Below the pieces are notes generated by a model. It was not told where the DNA came from and made no database searches. It saw only the letters and a list, made by a program, of their open reading frames with translations. From an uncultured Candidatus Actinomarinales bacterium (GTDB taxonomy: Bacteria; Actinomycetota; Acidimicrobiia; Actinomarinales; Actinomarinaceae), in NCBI GenBank assembly GCA_963979435.1, contig CAXBVE010000002.1, positions 11,138 through 75,137 on the forward strand: a DNA stretch of 64,000 nucleotides, given 5' to 3'. Positions 30,321 through 39,369 of the stretch are shown piece by piece. Numbering within the stretch: the stretch's first letter is position 1; each line of letters opens with the position of its first letter. The position numbers were made by a program, and so were the translations under genes.

Positions 30321-32332
30321 ATAGTAATTTAATCACCTTTCTAGCTGAAGGAAAAGTTACATACACTGATGGTGGAGCTTTCGCTGAGTACACTTGGTTG
30401 ATTGTTGTTCTCCCATTTATAGCTGCTCTTCTAATTACTTTCTTTGGAAAATATCTACCACTTAAGGGTGCTGAAATTGCGCTTGCTACGATAGGTTTCA
30501 TCTTTGCTTTCAGTTCATACCTACTCTATTTAAATGTGACAGAAGGAGTAGCTTCAGAATTTTTTATCAATGTGGGAAGCATTGGTTCATTTGATCTTGA
30601 ATTTGGTTGGGTGGTAGACGGTCTTTCTATAATGATGTATTTTGTTGTAGGGACAGTGGCTAGTTTAGTTTTCATTTACGCCACAAATTATATGCAGGGA
30701 GAAGTCAGATATACTTTTTTCTTCACCTCTCTAACTTTGTTTGCTGGAAGTATGTTAGTTTTGGTTTCCTCACCAACATTATTACAACTTTTAATTGGAT
30801 GGGAGCTAGTAGGTGTTTGCTCCTATTTGTTAATTGGTCATTATTGGGAAAAGAAAGAAAACTCATCTGCTGCTATGAAGGCTTTTATAACCAACAAAAT
30901 TGCAGATGTTGGATTAATGATTGGAATAATTGTGCTGGCGCTTTCTACAGGTACGATGAGAATAAGTGAAATTTTATATCAATCAACTCATGATTATGAG
31001 TCACTTAAATCAGTTGCGTATCTGGCTGGAGTTTTACTATTTATAGGGGCTATGGGTAAAAGTGCTCAGTTCCCGCTTCATGTCTGGCTACCTGATGCAA
31101 TGGCAGGTCCAACACCAGTCTCAGCACTAATGCACGCAGCAACAATGGTCACAGCAGGTGTTTATTTACTAGCAAGAATGTTTCCTTTTTATGAAGGTAT
31201 GGCAAGCGAAGCATTGGACGTGGTTTTGCTGTTTGGAGTTATAACCCTTTTTGCAGCTGGAATGATAGCCATAGTTCAAGATGATCTCAAAAAAGTTCTC
31301 GCATATTCAACTGTCAGTCAGCTTGGTTATATGGTGGCTGCTATTGGATCTGGAGCCTATACAGCTGCATTATTTCACCTTTGGACACATGCTTTTTTTA
31401 AAGCCCTACTGTTTCTTGGTGCAGGATCAGTAATTCATGCCGTACATACAAACAGCATGAAAGAAATGGGTGGGCTCAAAAAAGAGATGCCCAGAACATA
31501 TACAACATTTATTCTGGGAACAATTGCTCTTACAGGACTGCCCCCTCTTGCTGGCTTTTTCTCAAAAGACGAGATACTTGCCTCTTTAAATCACGGAGGA
31601 TATAACACCTATTTTGCTATTGCTGTAGCAGGTGCTTTTATCACTGCTTTTTATATGACTAGAGCCGTGGTTCTGACATTCTTCGGGGAATATAGAGGTA
31701 ATGGTCATCCACACGAGTCAGACTCTATGATGACGACACCTCTTATTGTACTTGCAGGCTTCGCAGTAACTGCTGGGTGGGTAAACATTCCAGGAATATA
31801 TACGGGCTTTACTGATTGGGTGACCACAAGGAAAAACCCTATAGTCGAGTATCATCCTGAATCTTTTGACTACTTTGCATTAACAAGTGGCTTACTCGCC
31901 GGGCTAGCTGGTATTGGACTTGCTTACTATGTCTATCAAATTTTAGGTAGACCAGAAGATGGAGATGAAAAGATTAAAGTTGAGCCAATATGGAATCTTC
32001 TTGAAAATAAATATTACTTAGATGATTTTTATTTCAAATACATCATAAATCCAACTAAATCCACACTTGCAAATACTGTTGATAGATTTAACACAAATAT
32101 TCTAGACAAAGCTGTGAATCTATTTGGAGTTGCTGCTATATTCCTTGGAAATATCGTGTACAACAAATTTGACCAAGGGGGGATAGATAAAGCATTAAAC
32201 ATATCATCTTCATCTACTGACGCATTGGGTGCAAGAGTAAAACTTCTTCAGACTGGAAAAGCTCAACAGTATATTATGTATTTTTTAAGCGGAGTAATAG
32301 TAATTAGCTTATTAATTTTGTTAGTGTTATAG
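30314..32332 (+). CDS. nuoL: NADH-quinone oxidoreductase subunit L (second set)
   Basis: …WLPDAMAGPTPVSALMHAATMVTAGV…. Confidence 0.92.
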   Translation: MVNSNLITFLAEGKVTYTDGGAFAEYTWLIVVLPFIAALLITFFGKYLPLKGAEIALATIGFIFAFSSYLLYLNVTEGVASEFFINVGSIGSFDLEFGWVVDGLSIMMYFVVGTVASLVFIYATNYMQGEVRYTFFFTSLTLFAGSMLVLVSSPTLLQLLIGWELVGVCSYLLIGHYWEKKENSSAAMKAFITNKIADVGLMIGIIVLALSTGTMRISEILYQSTHDYESLKSVAYLAGVLLFIGAMGKSAQFPLHVWLPDAMAGPTPVSALMHAATMVTAGVYLLARMFPFYEGMASEALDVVLLFGVITLFAAGMIAIVQDDLKKVLAYSTVSQLGYMVAAIGSGAYTAALFHLWTHAFFKALLFLGAGSVIHAVHTNSMKEMGGLKKEMPRTYTTFILGTIALTGLPPLAGFFSKDEILASLNHGGYNTYFAIAVAGAFITAFYMTRAVVLTFFGEYRGNGHPHESDSMMTTPLIVLAGFAVTAGWVNIPGIYTGFTDWVTTRKNPIVEYHPESFDYFALTSGLLAGLAGIGLAYYVYQILGRPEDGDEKIKVEPIWNLLENKYYLDDFYFKYIINPTKSTLANTVDRFNTNILDKAVNLFGVAAIFLGNIVYNKFDQGGIDKALNISSSSTDALGARVKLLQTGKAQQYIMYFLSGVIVISLLILLVL

Positions 32333-32340
32333 GAGGAAAA

Positions 32341-33930
32341 GTGGAAATAGTAACTAATAATTTTGAATTTTTAGAGAATGGACTGGGTATAACTTTGGTT
32401 GTATTCCTCCCTCTATTAAGTGCTTTAGTCGTTGCACTATTGCCAAAAAAACAAGAGTTATTGATAAAGTTAACAGCACTTGGTTCTTCACTAATCACTT
32501 TCATATTAAGCGTAATTGTTGCTATTCAGTTTGATTACTCCAAAGCAGAACAGTTTCAGTTGGGAAATAAACTTTCTTGGATAGAGGCAATAAATTCTAA
32601 TTATGAAATTGGTATTGATGGCATATCCCTACCCATGCTGCTTCTTTCAACCTTTATTACAGTATTAGCAATAATTTATTCCTTCGAGCATTTACCTGAG
32701 CCAAAAAGTCCAAAGGGAATGATGGCGCTTATTTTAATCTTAGAAACTGGAATGAATGGTACTTTCGTAGCTTTAGATTTAATACTCTTCTTTGTATTCT
32801 TTGAACTTGTCCTACTACCTATGTATTTCATGATTGGAATTTGGGGAGATAAAACAATGAGGAGTGTTGCTGGTCTTAAAAATGAGGTTGAGACTCGCTT
32901 ATATGCAAGTATTAAGTTTTTTGTTTTTACACTTTTCGGTTCTGCTTTTATGCTGCTTGGATTTTTAGGACTTTATTTCAGAGGAGCCAAAACTTTCAGT
33001 ATTCCTGAGTTAATAGAATTAGGAACAAGTGGGGCATTTACTGGAACTTTTGCAACACTCGTTTTTGCAGTTCTATTTCTGGGCTTCGCAGTTAAGGTTC
33101 CAATGTGGCCTCTCCATACTTGGCTTCCAGATGCTCATACGGCAGCACCAACAGTTGGATCAGTATTACTTGCCGCAATACTTCTAAAATTAGGTTCCTA
33201 TGGATTTGTAAGAATTGCTTTACCAATTTTACCTGAGCAAGCACAAGCTTGGGCACCAGCGATTGCAATACTGTCAGCTATTGGAATAATTTATGGTTCG
33301 TTAGCATGTCTAGCACAAACTGACCTCAAAAGGCTAATAGCTTTTTCATCAGTGGGTCACATGGGTTTTGTAATGCTAGGAATCTCCTCTTTGACATCCA
33401 TTGGTATTAATGCTGCAATAATTGGCATGGTTGCACACGGTGTAATTACGGGTTTACTTTTCTTCTTATCTGGATCGATGGCTCACACTTATCACACCAG
33501 AGATATGGGAAGACTTGGTGGAAATATGAAACTTTTGCCCAAAACTGGTGGATTACTGGCATTTACAGCAATGGCCTCACTTGGACTACCTGGACTAGCA
33601 GGCTTCTGGGGAGAATTTATGGCTCTATTAGGAGCATACAATCCATTACCAGGACTAAATATCACAATATTCAGAACATCCATGGTTGCTGGGGCAATAG
33701 GTACAGTTCTGACTGCTGGCTATTTACTCTGGATGCTTCAAAGAGTTAATTTAGGAGAGCCAAATGACGAATGGAAAGATAAAGAACTCCATGATGCGGA
33801 TGCATACGAATTAGCAGCTTGGATACCCCTCGTTATTTTAACAATCTTAATTGGAGTATTTCCTAAGTTAATTTTCGGATCTACAAATGATGCTGTAATC
33901 AGTTTGGTTACTAAAGCATTCGGAGGCTAA
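32341..33930 (+). CDS. nuoM: NADH-quinone oxidoreductase subunit M (second set)
   Basis: …TWLPDAHTAAPTVGS…. Confidence 0.92.
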   Translation: MEIVTNNFEFLENGLGITLVVFLPLLSALVVALLPKKQELLIKLTALGSSLITFILSVIVAIQFDYSKAEQFQLGNKLSWIEAINSNYEIGIDGISLPMLLLSTFITVLAIIYSFEHLPEPKSPKGMMALILILETGMNGTFVALDLILFFVFFELVLLPMYFMIGIWGDKTMRSVAGLKNEVETRLYASIKFFVFTLFGSAFMLLGFLGLYFRGAKTFSIPELIELGTSGAFTGTFATLVFAVLFLGFAVKVPMWPLHTWLPDAHTAAPTVGSVLLAAILLKLGSYGFVRIALPILPEQAQAWAPAIAILSAIGIIYGSLACLAQTDLKRLIAFSSVGHMGFVMLGISSLTSIGINAAIIGMVAHGVITGLLFFLSGSMAHTYHTRDMGRLGGNMKLLPKTGGLLAFTAMASLGLPGLAGFWGEFMALLGAYNPLPGLNITIFRTSMVAGAIGTVLTAGYLLWMLQRVNLGEPNDEWKDKELHDADAYELAAWIPLVILTILIGVFPKLIFGSTNDAVISLVTKAFGG

Positions 33931-33931
33931 T

Positions 33932-35413
33932 ATTTCCATTAATTACCTTGCAATTTCTAGTGAATTAATTGTTGTTTTTACAATTATAGCTACAATATTT
34001 TTCGATCTCATTTTGCCAAGAAGGTCAAAATTTTACATTGCATTAGTTGCACTACTGGGATCATTGATTTCCTTCCTACCTCTAATTTTTCAGTGGGTAA
34101 ATTACGAAAATCCAATAATCCTTTTTGAAGGAAGCTATGTTATTGATAAATTTTCTATTATTTTAAAAGGCCTTTTTATCTTGGTGACCTATCTTACATT
34201 CCTGCTTTCAATTAACTTTATAGAAAGTGACAGATATTACCAGGGGGAGTATTACTACCTACTATTAAGCTCACTACTCGGAGCGCTGGTTGTTACATCA
34301 TCAAGAGATATGCTGACACTTTTTATTGGTATTGAATTAGCTTCTGCACCTATGTTTTTATTGTCTGGCTGGAAAAAAGGAGATCAAAAGTCTAACGAGG
34401 GAGCAATTAAATTTTTCTTGTTAGGAGTATTATCTGCATCACTCATTTTGTATGGATTCTCTTTACTTTACGGATTGACCGGAGAATTAATCTTTTCTGA
34501 AATTTCTAAAATCTTATTAGTAAACAATCTGTCAACATCACCAGCGGCGTTATTGAGCGTAATGTTAATACTGGCTGGTATAGGTTTTAAAATTTCGGTT
34601 GTCCCCTTTCATTCATGGGCACCAGACACATATGAGGGATCACCGCTTCCAGTAACAGCTTATTTATCAGTTAGTTCTAAAGCGACTGGTTTCGTAGCAT
34701 TAATGATTATCCTTACAAAGGTCTTCCCAGATTCAGGTTCAAGTTGGGGTATTGTATTGGTCTTTATTTCAGGTCTAACAATGTTCATCGGAAATTTATC
34801 TGCCCTTCAACAATCAAATCCAGTAAGGCTTTTAGCATATTCGTCAATAGCTCAAGCGGGATTTATTTTAGCTCCACTTGCAGTAGCTGGAATTTCAGGA
34901 GACTATGCTGATGGAATTTATGCCAGCGTCACTTATTTAATTATTTATGCATTCATGAACTTGGGCGCATTTCTTGTCGTAAATGTTCTTATAAATACTA
35001 GTGGCAGTAACGATATCTATGAATGGGGAGGCCTAGCAAAACATCAACCATTAACAGCTATTTTTACAACTGTATTTTTCTTCTCACTTGCTGGAATACC
35101 ACCACTAGGTGGTTGGTTTGCAAAGTTCGTTGTATTTAGAAGCTTGCTAAGTACCGGTGAAGTCTATGGAATAACGTTGGCGATTATTGGAGCGATTAAT
35201 GCAGTCATTGGTCTTGTTTTCTACGCAAGAATTTCAAAAATAATTTGGATGGATTCTCCATCTGAAAATATAACAATTAATACTAAACCTGTACTGTTGA
35301 GCCCCTTAAAAGTAGTTGGTTTCATAAGTCTAGTGATTACATTTCTTGCAGGAATTTTTCCAAATATTTTTTCAAATCTAGGTAATGCTTCGGCATTATT
35401 CTTTAATAGTTAA
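33932..35413 (+). CDS. nuoN: NADH-quinone oxidoreductase subunit N (second set); start uncertain (ORF-track TTG at 34013, or non-canonical ATT at 33932)
   Basis: The in-frame open stretch upstream of the TTG encodes the conserved first TM helix (…LAISSELIVVFTIIATIFFDLILPRR…); GGAGG lies 5 nt before an in-frame ATT and there is no ATG/GTG/TTG upstream. Confidence 0.8.
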   Translation: MSINYLAISSELIVVFTIIATIFFDLILPRRSKFYIALVALLGSLISFLPLIFQWVNYENPIILFEGSYVIDKFSIILKGLFILVTYLTFLLSINFIESDRYYQGEYYYLLLSSLLGALVVTSSRDMLTLFIGIELASAPMFLLSGWKKGDQKSNEGAIKFFLLGVLSASLILYGFSLLYGLTGELIFSEISKILLVNNLSTSPAALLSVMLILAGIGFKISVVPFHSWAPDTYEGSPLPVTAYLSVSSKATGFVALMIILTKVFPDSGSSWGIVLVFISGLTMFIGNLSALQQSNPVRLLAYSSIAQAGFILAPLAVAGISGDYADGIYASVTYLIIYAFMNLGAFLVVNVLINTSGSNDIYEWGGLAKHQPLTAIFTTVFFFSLAGIPPLGGWFAKFVVFRSLLSTGEVYGITLAIIGAINAVIGLVFYARISKIIWMDSPSENITINTKPVLLSPLKVVGFISLVITFLAGIFPNIFSNLGNASALFFNS

Positions 35414-35418
35414 TAAGG

Positions 35419-36444
35419 TTGTCTAGCTTTAATTTTATAAAACATCTTCAAGAAAAATATCAACGCAACGACATATTTTTTGATGAATACATGGAAGAAA
35501 GTCTTTATTCAGAATCTGGGTTCTTCAATACTACAAAAGTTCGATCTAACATAGAAGGTGATTTCCTAACGTCACCTGAAGTATCTAAATACTTTGGAAA
35601 GTTTATTTCACACTGGATGAATGAAAATAAAATTAAATCTAATGTAGTAGAAATTGGGGCGGGTACTGGCTCATTGGCTACGCAGATTCAAGAATATTCA
35701 ACAAATAATCTTTTTCTTGTCGAAAAATCAAAAACCGCATTCAGAATTCTGAAACAAAAAGAATTTAATGTTTTTGAAACTTTGGATTTGATTCCAGTTG
35801 ATAAAGTTAATTTAGTATACATGAATGAAGTCCTCGATAATATACCATGCTCTGTTGGTGTATATAAAGATGGTGTATGGCTCGAAAAAATTATTAAAAT
35901 AGAATCTGATTCACTAAGTTATGAATTAGCGCCCATGAGGCCTGAAAATTTAACTTGGATAGAATCTAACAATATTGAGCCCTTAGATGACATTGAGATT
36001 GAGATTCAGAGAAATGCAACAAAATATCTTGAAGGTATCGTATCAAGATTTAATCCTAATTATCTTCTCATAATTGATTACGGTTATGAATTTCATGAAA
36101 GGTCAAGCATCCCCTATAAGTCACTTATAAGAACCTATAAAAATCATCATCTTGCAGGTGAAACATTGCTTCAACCAACAACAACTGATATAACCTGTGA
36201 TGTAAATTTTTCTAGTATAAAGAACTGTTTATCAAGATTAGATTACGCAGTCGAACTCCACACACAAAAAGAATTTTTACAATTGAACGGCTTTGAAGCT
36301 TTTTATAAAAAAATTCAAACCAAATTTCAAAATGCTGACGGATTAGATAAATTAAAAATCAAGTCTGATCTTGTTGGTTTAGAGGCAATTAACAATAATC
36401 GTGGTCTAGGTGGGTTCAAGATGCTTATTGCAAAAAAAATATAA
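35419..36444 (+). CDS. DUF185/MidA/NDUFAF7-family SAM-dependent methyltransferase (complex I assembly arginine-methyltransferase homologue)
   Basis: …FDEYMEESLYSESGFF…GDFLTSPEVSKYFGKFI…VVEIGAGTGSLA… match the family's hallmark motifs; 5 nt downstream of nuoN2. Confidence 0.75.
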   Translation: MSSFNFIKHLQEKYQRNDIFFDEYMEESLYSESGFFNTTKVRSNIEGDFLTSPEVSKYFGKFISHWMNENKIKSNVVEIGAGTGSLATQIQEYSTNNLFLVEKSKTAFRILKQKEFNVFETLDLIPVDKVNLVYMNEVLDNIPCSVGVYKDGVWLEKIIKIESDSLSYELAPMRPENLTWIESNNIEPLDDIEIEIQRNATKYLEGIVSRFNPNYLLIIDYGYEFHERSSIPYKSLIRTYKNHHLAGETLLQPTTTDITCDVNFSSIKNCLSRLDYAVELHTQKEFLQLNGFEAFYKKIQTKFQNADGLDKLKIKSDLVGLEAINNNRGLGGFKMLIAKKI

Positions 36445-36468
36445 ACTACACCATTTATAATTAATAAC

Positions 36469-37308
36469 ATGAATCAAGTAAAAACAACTGCTCTGTTAAC
36501 CCTAATGAGTCTTGTTGTTCTTTTTACAGCACAAACACTTGGTTATAACTTAATTTTTTCTATTGCTTTGGCTGGTATTTTCAACTTTTTAATATATTTC
36601 TATTCTGGCAAGATTGCACTCTCCTCCACTAAGGCAATAGAAATTGGAGATGGGGAGTATGAAGAGGTAAGAGGAATTGTTAAATATCTTATCCAAAAAG
36701 AAAAAATGCCCATGCCTCGATTGTACATTATTCAAAATGACCAACCTAATGCATTTGCGACTGGAAGAAATCCTAAAAATGCAAGTATCGCTGTTACGAC
36801 TGGTATTTTAAAGGTATTAAATAATGATGAACTCGAAGGGGTATTGGCACATGAAATTTCACATATCAAAAATAGAGATATTTTAGTATCGAGTATTGCA
36901 GCAATGTTAGCTTCAACGATATCTTTTATGTCAAGGAGTGTTCTGTGGGGTGGAGGTAACAGAAATAGAAATACTCATCCATTGTTTTTTATTATTGCTC
37001 TCATAGCAGCTCCATTAGCATCAATAATAATACGTATGGCAATCTCAAGAACTAGGGAGTTTGGAGCTGACAGAACAGGATCGGAAATTTCTGGTAACCC
37101 ATTAGCACTAGCTTCAGCACTAGAAAAAATTGAGGCATACGCAAAACTGCCAATGAATATAAATCCTGCTGTAAGTCAGTTATTTATATCAGATCCGTTA
37201 AAAGCATTATCTGGAGGAGGAATGCGAAAACTTTTTTCTACACACCCACCAACAGCAGAAAGAGTACGAAGACTTAGGGAGGATGCAAGTGGTATTCGAT
37301 ATGGATAA
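36469..37308 (+). CDS. htpX: Zinc metalloprotease HtpX (M48 family)
   Basis: HEISHIKNRD zinc motif, four TM helices, typical ~280 aa. Confidence 0.88.
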   Translation: MNQVKTTALLTLMSLVVLFTAQTLGYNLIFSIALAGIFNFLIYFYSGKIALSSTKAIEIGDGEYEEVRGIVKYLIQKEKMPMPRLYIIQNDQPNAFATGRNPKNASIAVTTGILKVLNNDELEGVLAHEISHIKNRDILVSSIAAMLASTISFMSRSVLWGGGNRNRNTHPLFFIIALIAAPLASIIIRMAISRTREFGADRTGSEISGNPLALASALEKIEAYAKLPMNINPAVSQLFISDPLKALSGGGMRKLFSTHPPTAERVRRLREDASGIRYG

Positions 37309-37324
37309 TAAAAATGAAGAAGTT

Positions 37325-37642
37325 ATGCCGGAAAAGTTAGAAGATTTACTAAAGGCAGGCTATAAACTAATTGATGTTCGAGAACAAGATGAATGGGATG
37401 CGGGGCATCACTCAGAGGCTGAGCATATTCCTATGGGTACAATCCCTGAAAATATCGAAAATTTCTCAACAGCCGAAAACTACATTATCATTTGTCGGTC
37501 CGGAGGAAGATCTGGACGTGTCTGTTCTTTTCTAGAAAAAGAAGGTATTAACTCTTTCAACTTAAATGGAGGTATGAACAAGCTATCCCTAACTTCTGAA
37601 AAAATAATAGATTTACACGACAATATTGGCACGGTCATCTAA
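37325..37642 (+). CDS. Rhodanese-domain protein (single domain); start may be 37283 or 37301
   Basis: Active-site loop CRSGGRSGRV; starts at the internal Met to avoid the 26-nt overlap with htpX. Confidence 0.75.
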   Translation: MPEKLEDLLKAGYKLIDVREQDEWDAGHHSEAEHIPMGTIPENIENFSTAENYIIICRSGGRSGRVCSFLEKEGINSFNLNGGMNKLSLTSEKIIDLHDNIGTVI

Positions 37643-37651
37643 CATTTATTT

Positions 37652-38608
37652 GTGATAATTTGTATTGGAAATGCAATGGTCGACTCTCTTCAGAAAATTG
37701 AAGAAGAGGTCATTGATGAACTTGAATTAAATAAAGCAAGGATGACACTAGTTGATAAAGATAGATCAAATGTTTTGCTGGATTCAATGACTAGTCCAAT
37801 TCGTGCTGCAGGCGGTTCAGCGGCAAACACTGCATATTGGGCTGCACAGTTAGGTGGAAATGTAGGGTTTATCGGAAAAATTTCTGAGGATGAACTTGGC
37901 GAACAATTCAAAGCAAGTGTTAAAGACTCTGGACTTAAGGATTTTACAGTTTTTGAATCAGAAGACAATCAAACTGGTCATTGTGCAATTTTTATAACCC
38001 CAGATGGTGAACGTACAATGAATACATATTTAGGAGCTGGAGCATTTCTTACAGTTGAAGATTTAGATGAAAAAGCAATAGAATCTGCTGAAATTCTGTA
38101 TATGGAAGGATACCTCTGGGACAGACCCACAAGCAAAGATGCTTTCTTACATGCTGCAAATCTAAATAAATCAACAGGTGGAAAAAATGCGATTACATTA
38201 TCTGATGTATTTTGTGTGGAGATGCATAGAGACAGCTTTGTTGAATTCATCAAAGAGAGTATTGATTTTGTTTTTTGCAATGAAGAAGAGATTATCGCCC
38301 TATCAAAGAAAGAAACAGCAGAAGAAGCTTTTGATTATTTTAAAAAAGAGTTCCCCAATCTAGAAGAATTGGTATGCACATTAGGCCCAAAGGGGGCAGT
38401 TGTAGTCAGCAAAGGTGAGAAAGTACATTATGACGCAACTGAAGCAAAAGTTGTAGATAAAACAGGTGCCGGTGATTATTTTGCAGCAGGGTATCTATAC
38501 GGCCTACAACAAAAACTTTCTATTGAAGAATCGGCTGATATAGCTAATAGAAGTGCTGCGCATGTTATAAGTGAAGTTGGGGTAAGACCAACTAAAAACT
38601 TTTCTTAA
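37652..38608 (+). CDS. PfkB-family carbohydrate/nucleoside kinase (adenosine-kinase-like)
   Basis: N-terminal glycine-rich motif, C-terminal DKTGAGDYFAAGYLYGL PfkB signature; GTG start. Confidence 0.8.
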   Translation: MIICIGNAMVDSLQKIEEEVIDELELNKARMTLVDKDRSNVLLDSMTSPIRAAGGSAANTAYWAAQLGGNVGFIGKISEDELGEQFKASVKDSGLKDFTVFESEDNQTGHCAIFITPDGERTMNTYLGAGAFLTVEDLDEKAIESAEILYMEGYLWDRPTSKDAFLHAANLNKSTGGKNAITLSDVFCVEMHRDSFVEFIKESIDFVFCNEEEIIALSKKETAEEAFDYFKKEFPNLEELVCTLGPKGAVVVSKGEKVHYDATEAKVVDKTGAGDYFAAGYLYGLQQKLSIEESADIANRSAAHVISEVGVRPTKNFS

Positions 38609-39369
38609 TTACTCCAACCAATTATTTGATATATTACTTTTTCATCATCTGCAAACTCCAGGGACGAATAACTATCAAAATTTAACTTTATTGGATCGAA
38701 TGTTTTACTCTTAGAGAAAATAATTATTTCATTTTCAGTATCTAGAGCCGCTATGCTACGTCCATCCGGTGACCATACTAGAGATTCAAAATAGTAATTA
38801 GTAGGTGCTTCAACATTAAATACTTCTACTATTTCTGAATTCTTCTGAAAATAAACTCCAGCCGTCCTTGTATTTGCTTCTCTCATATCCCAGGAGTTAA
38901 GGAGCTTTTCTCCAAATGAATTAACCTTGTACATATCTCTATTTGGAGAATTAACACTATCAACGCTTGGTTTGATGTCAATATTTTTAGTATCTATAGT
39001 TAATGCCATTTCAACATCGGAAGAATTATCCCAATAACGTATAATTAAATTTTGATTCGCATCTATGTCTGTGTCGTTTAAATAAATATTATATGAATAT
39101 TCATATAGATCACTTGCACAGATTACTTTTTTTTCATTCATGTCTTCTACTGAGATATTAATTTTAAAAATACATTGATCCAAAATATCTGGTGCTGGTG
39201 GAATTAAGTTTGAACTCTCTATTTCAACCATGTAAAAGATTGAACCACTAATTTCAGAGCTGACTTCAGTGTTGTATTCCGGCAAAGGAACTACTCCAAA
39301 TAAAGCAACTAATAATACAGAAAATAGCAGAATTACAAGGGACTTGATAAGCGTTGACTTCTTCTTCAA
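38605..39369 (-). CDS. Hypothetical membrane-anchored extracytoplasmic protein (start moved to TTG overlapping the upstream stop)
   Basis: KKK + hydrophobic signal-anchor, two Cys, beta-rich repeat-like C-terminus (…WSPDGRSIAALD…); ribosome-binding site AAGGAAAG precedes the TTG at 39369. Confidence 0.55.
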   Translation of the reverse strand: MKKKSTLIKSLVILLFSVLLVALFGVVPLPEYNTEVSSEISGSIFYMVEIESSNLIPPAPDILDQCIFKINISVEDMNEKKVICASDLYEYSYNIYLNDTDIDANQNLIIRYWDNSSDVEMALTIDTKNIDIKPSVDSVNSPNRDMYKVNSFGEKLLNSWDMREANTRTAGVYFQKNSEIVEVFNVEAPTNYYFESLVWSPDGRSIAALDTENEIIIFSKSKTFDPIKLNFDSYSSLEFADDEKVIYQIIGWSN

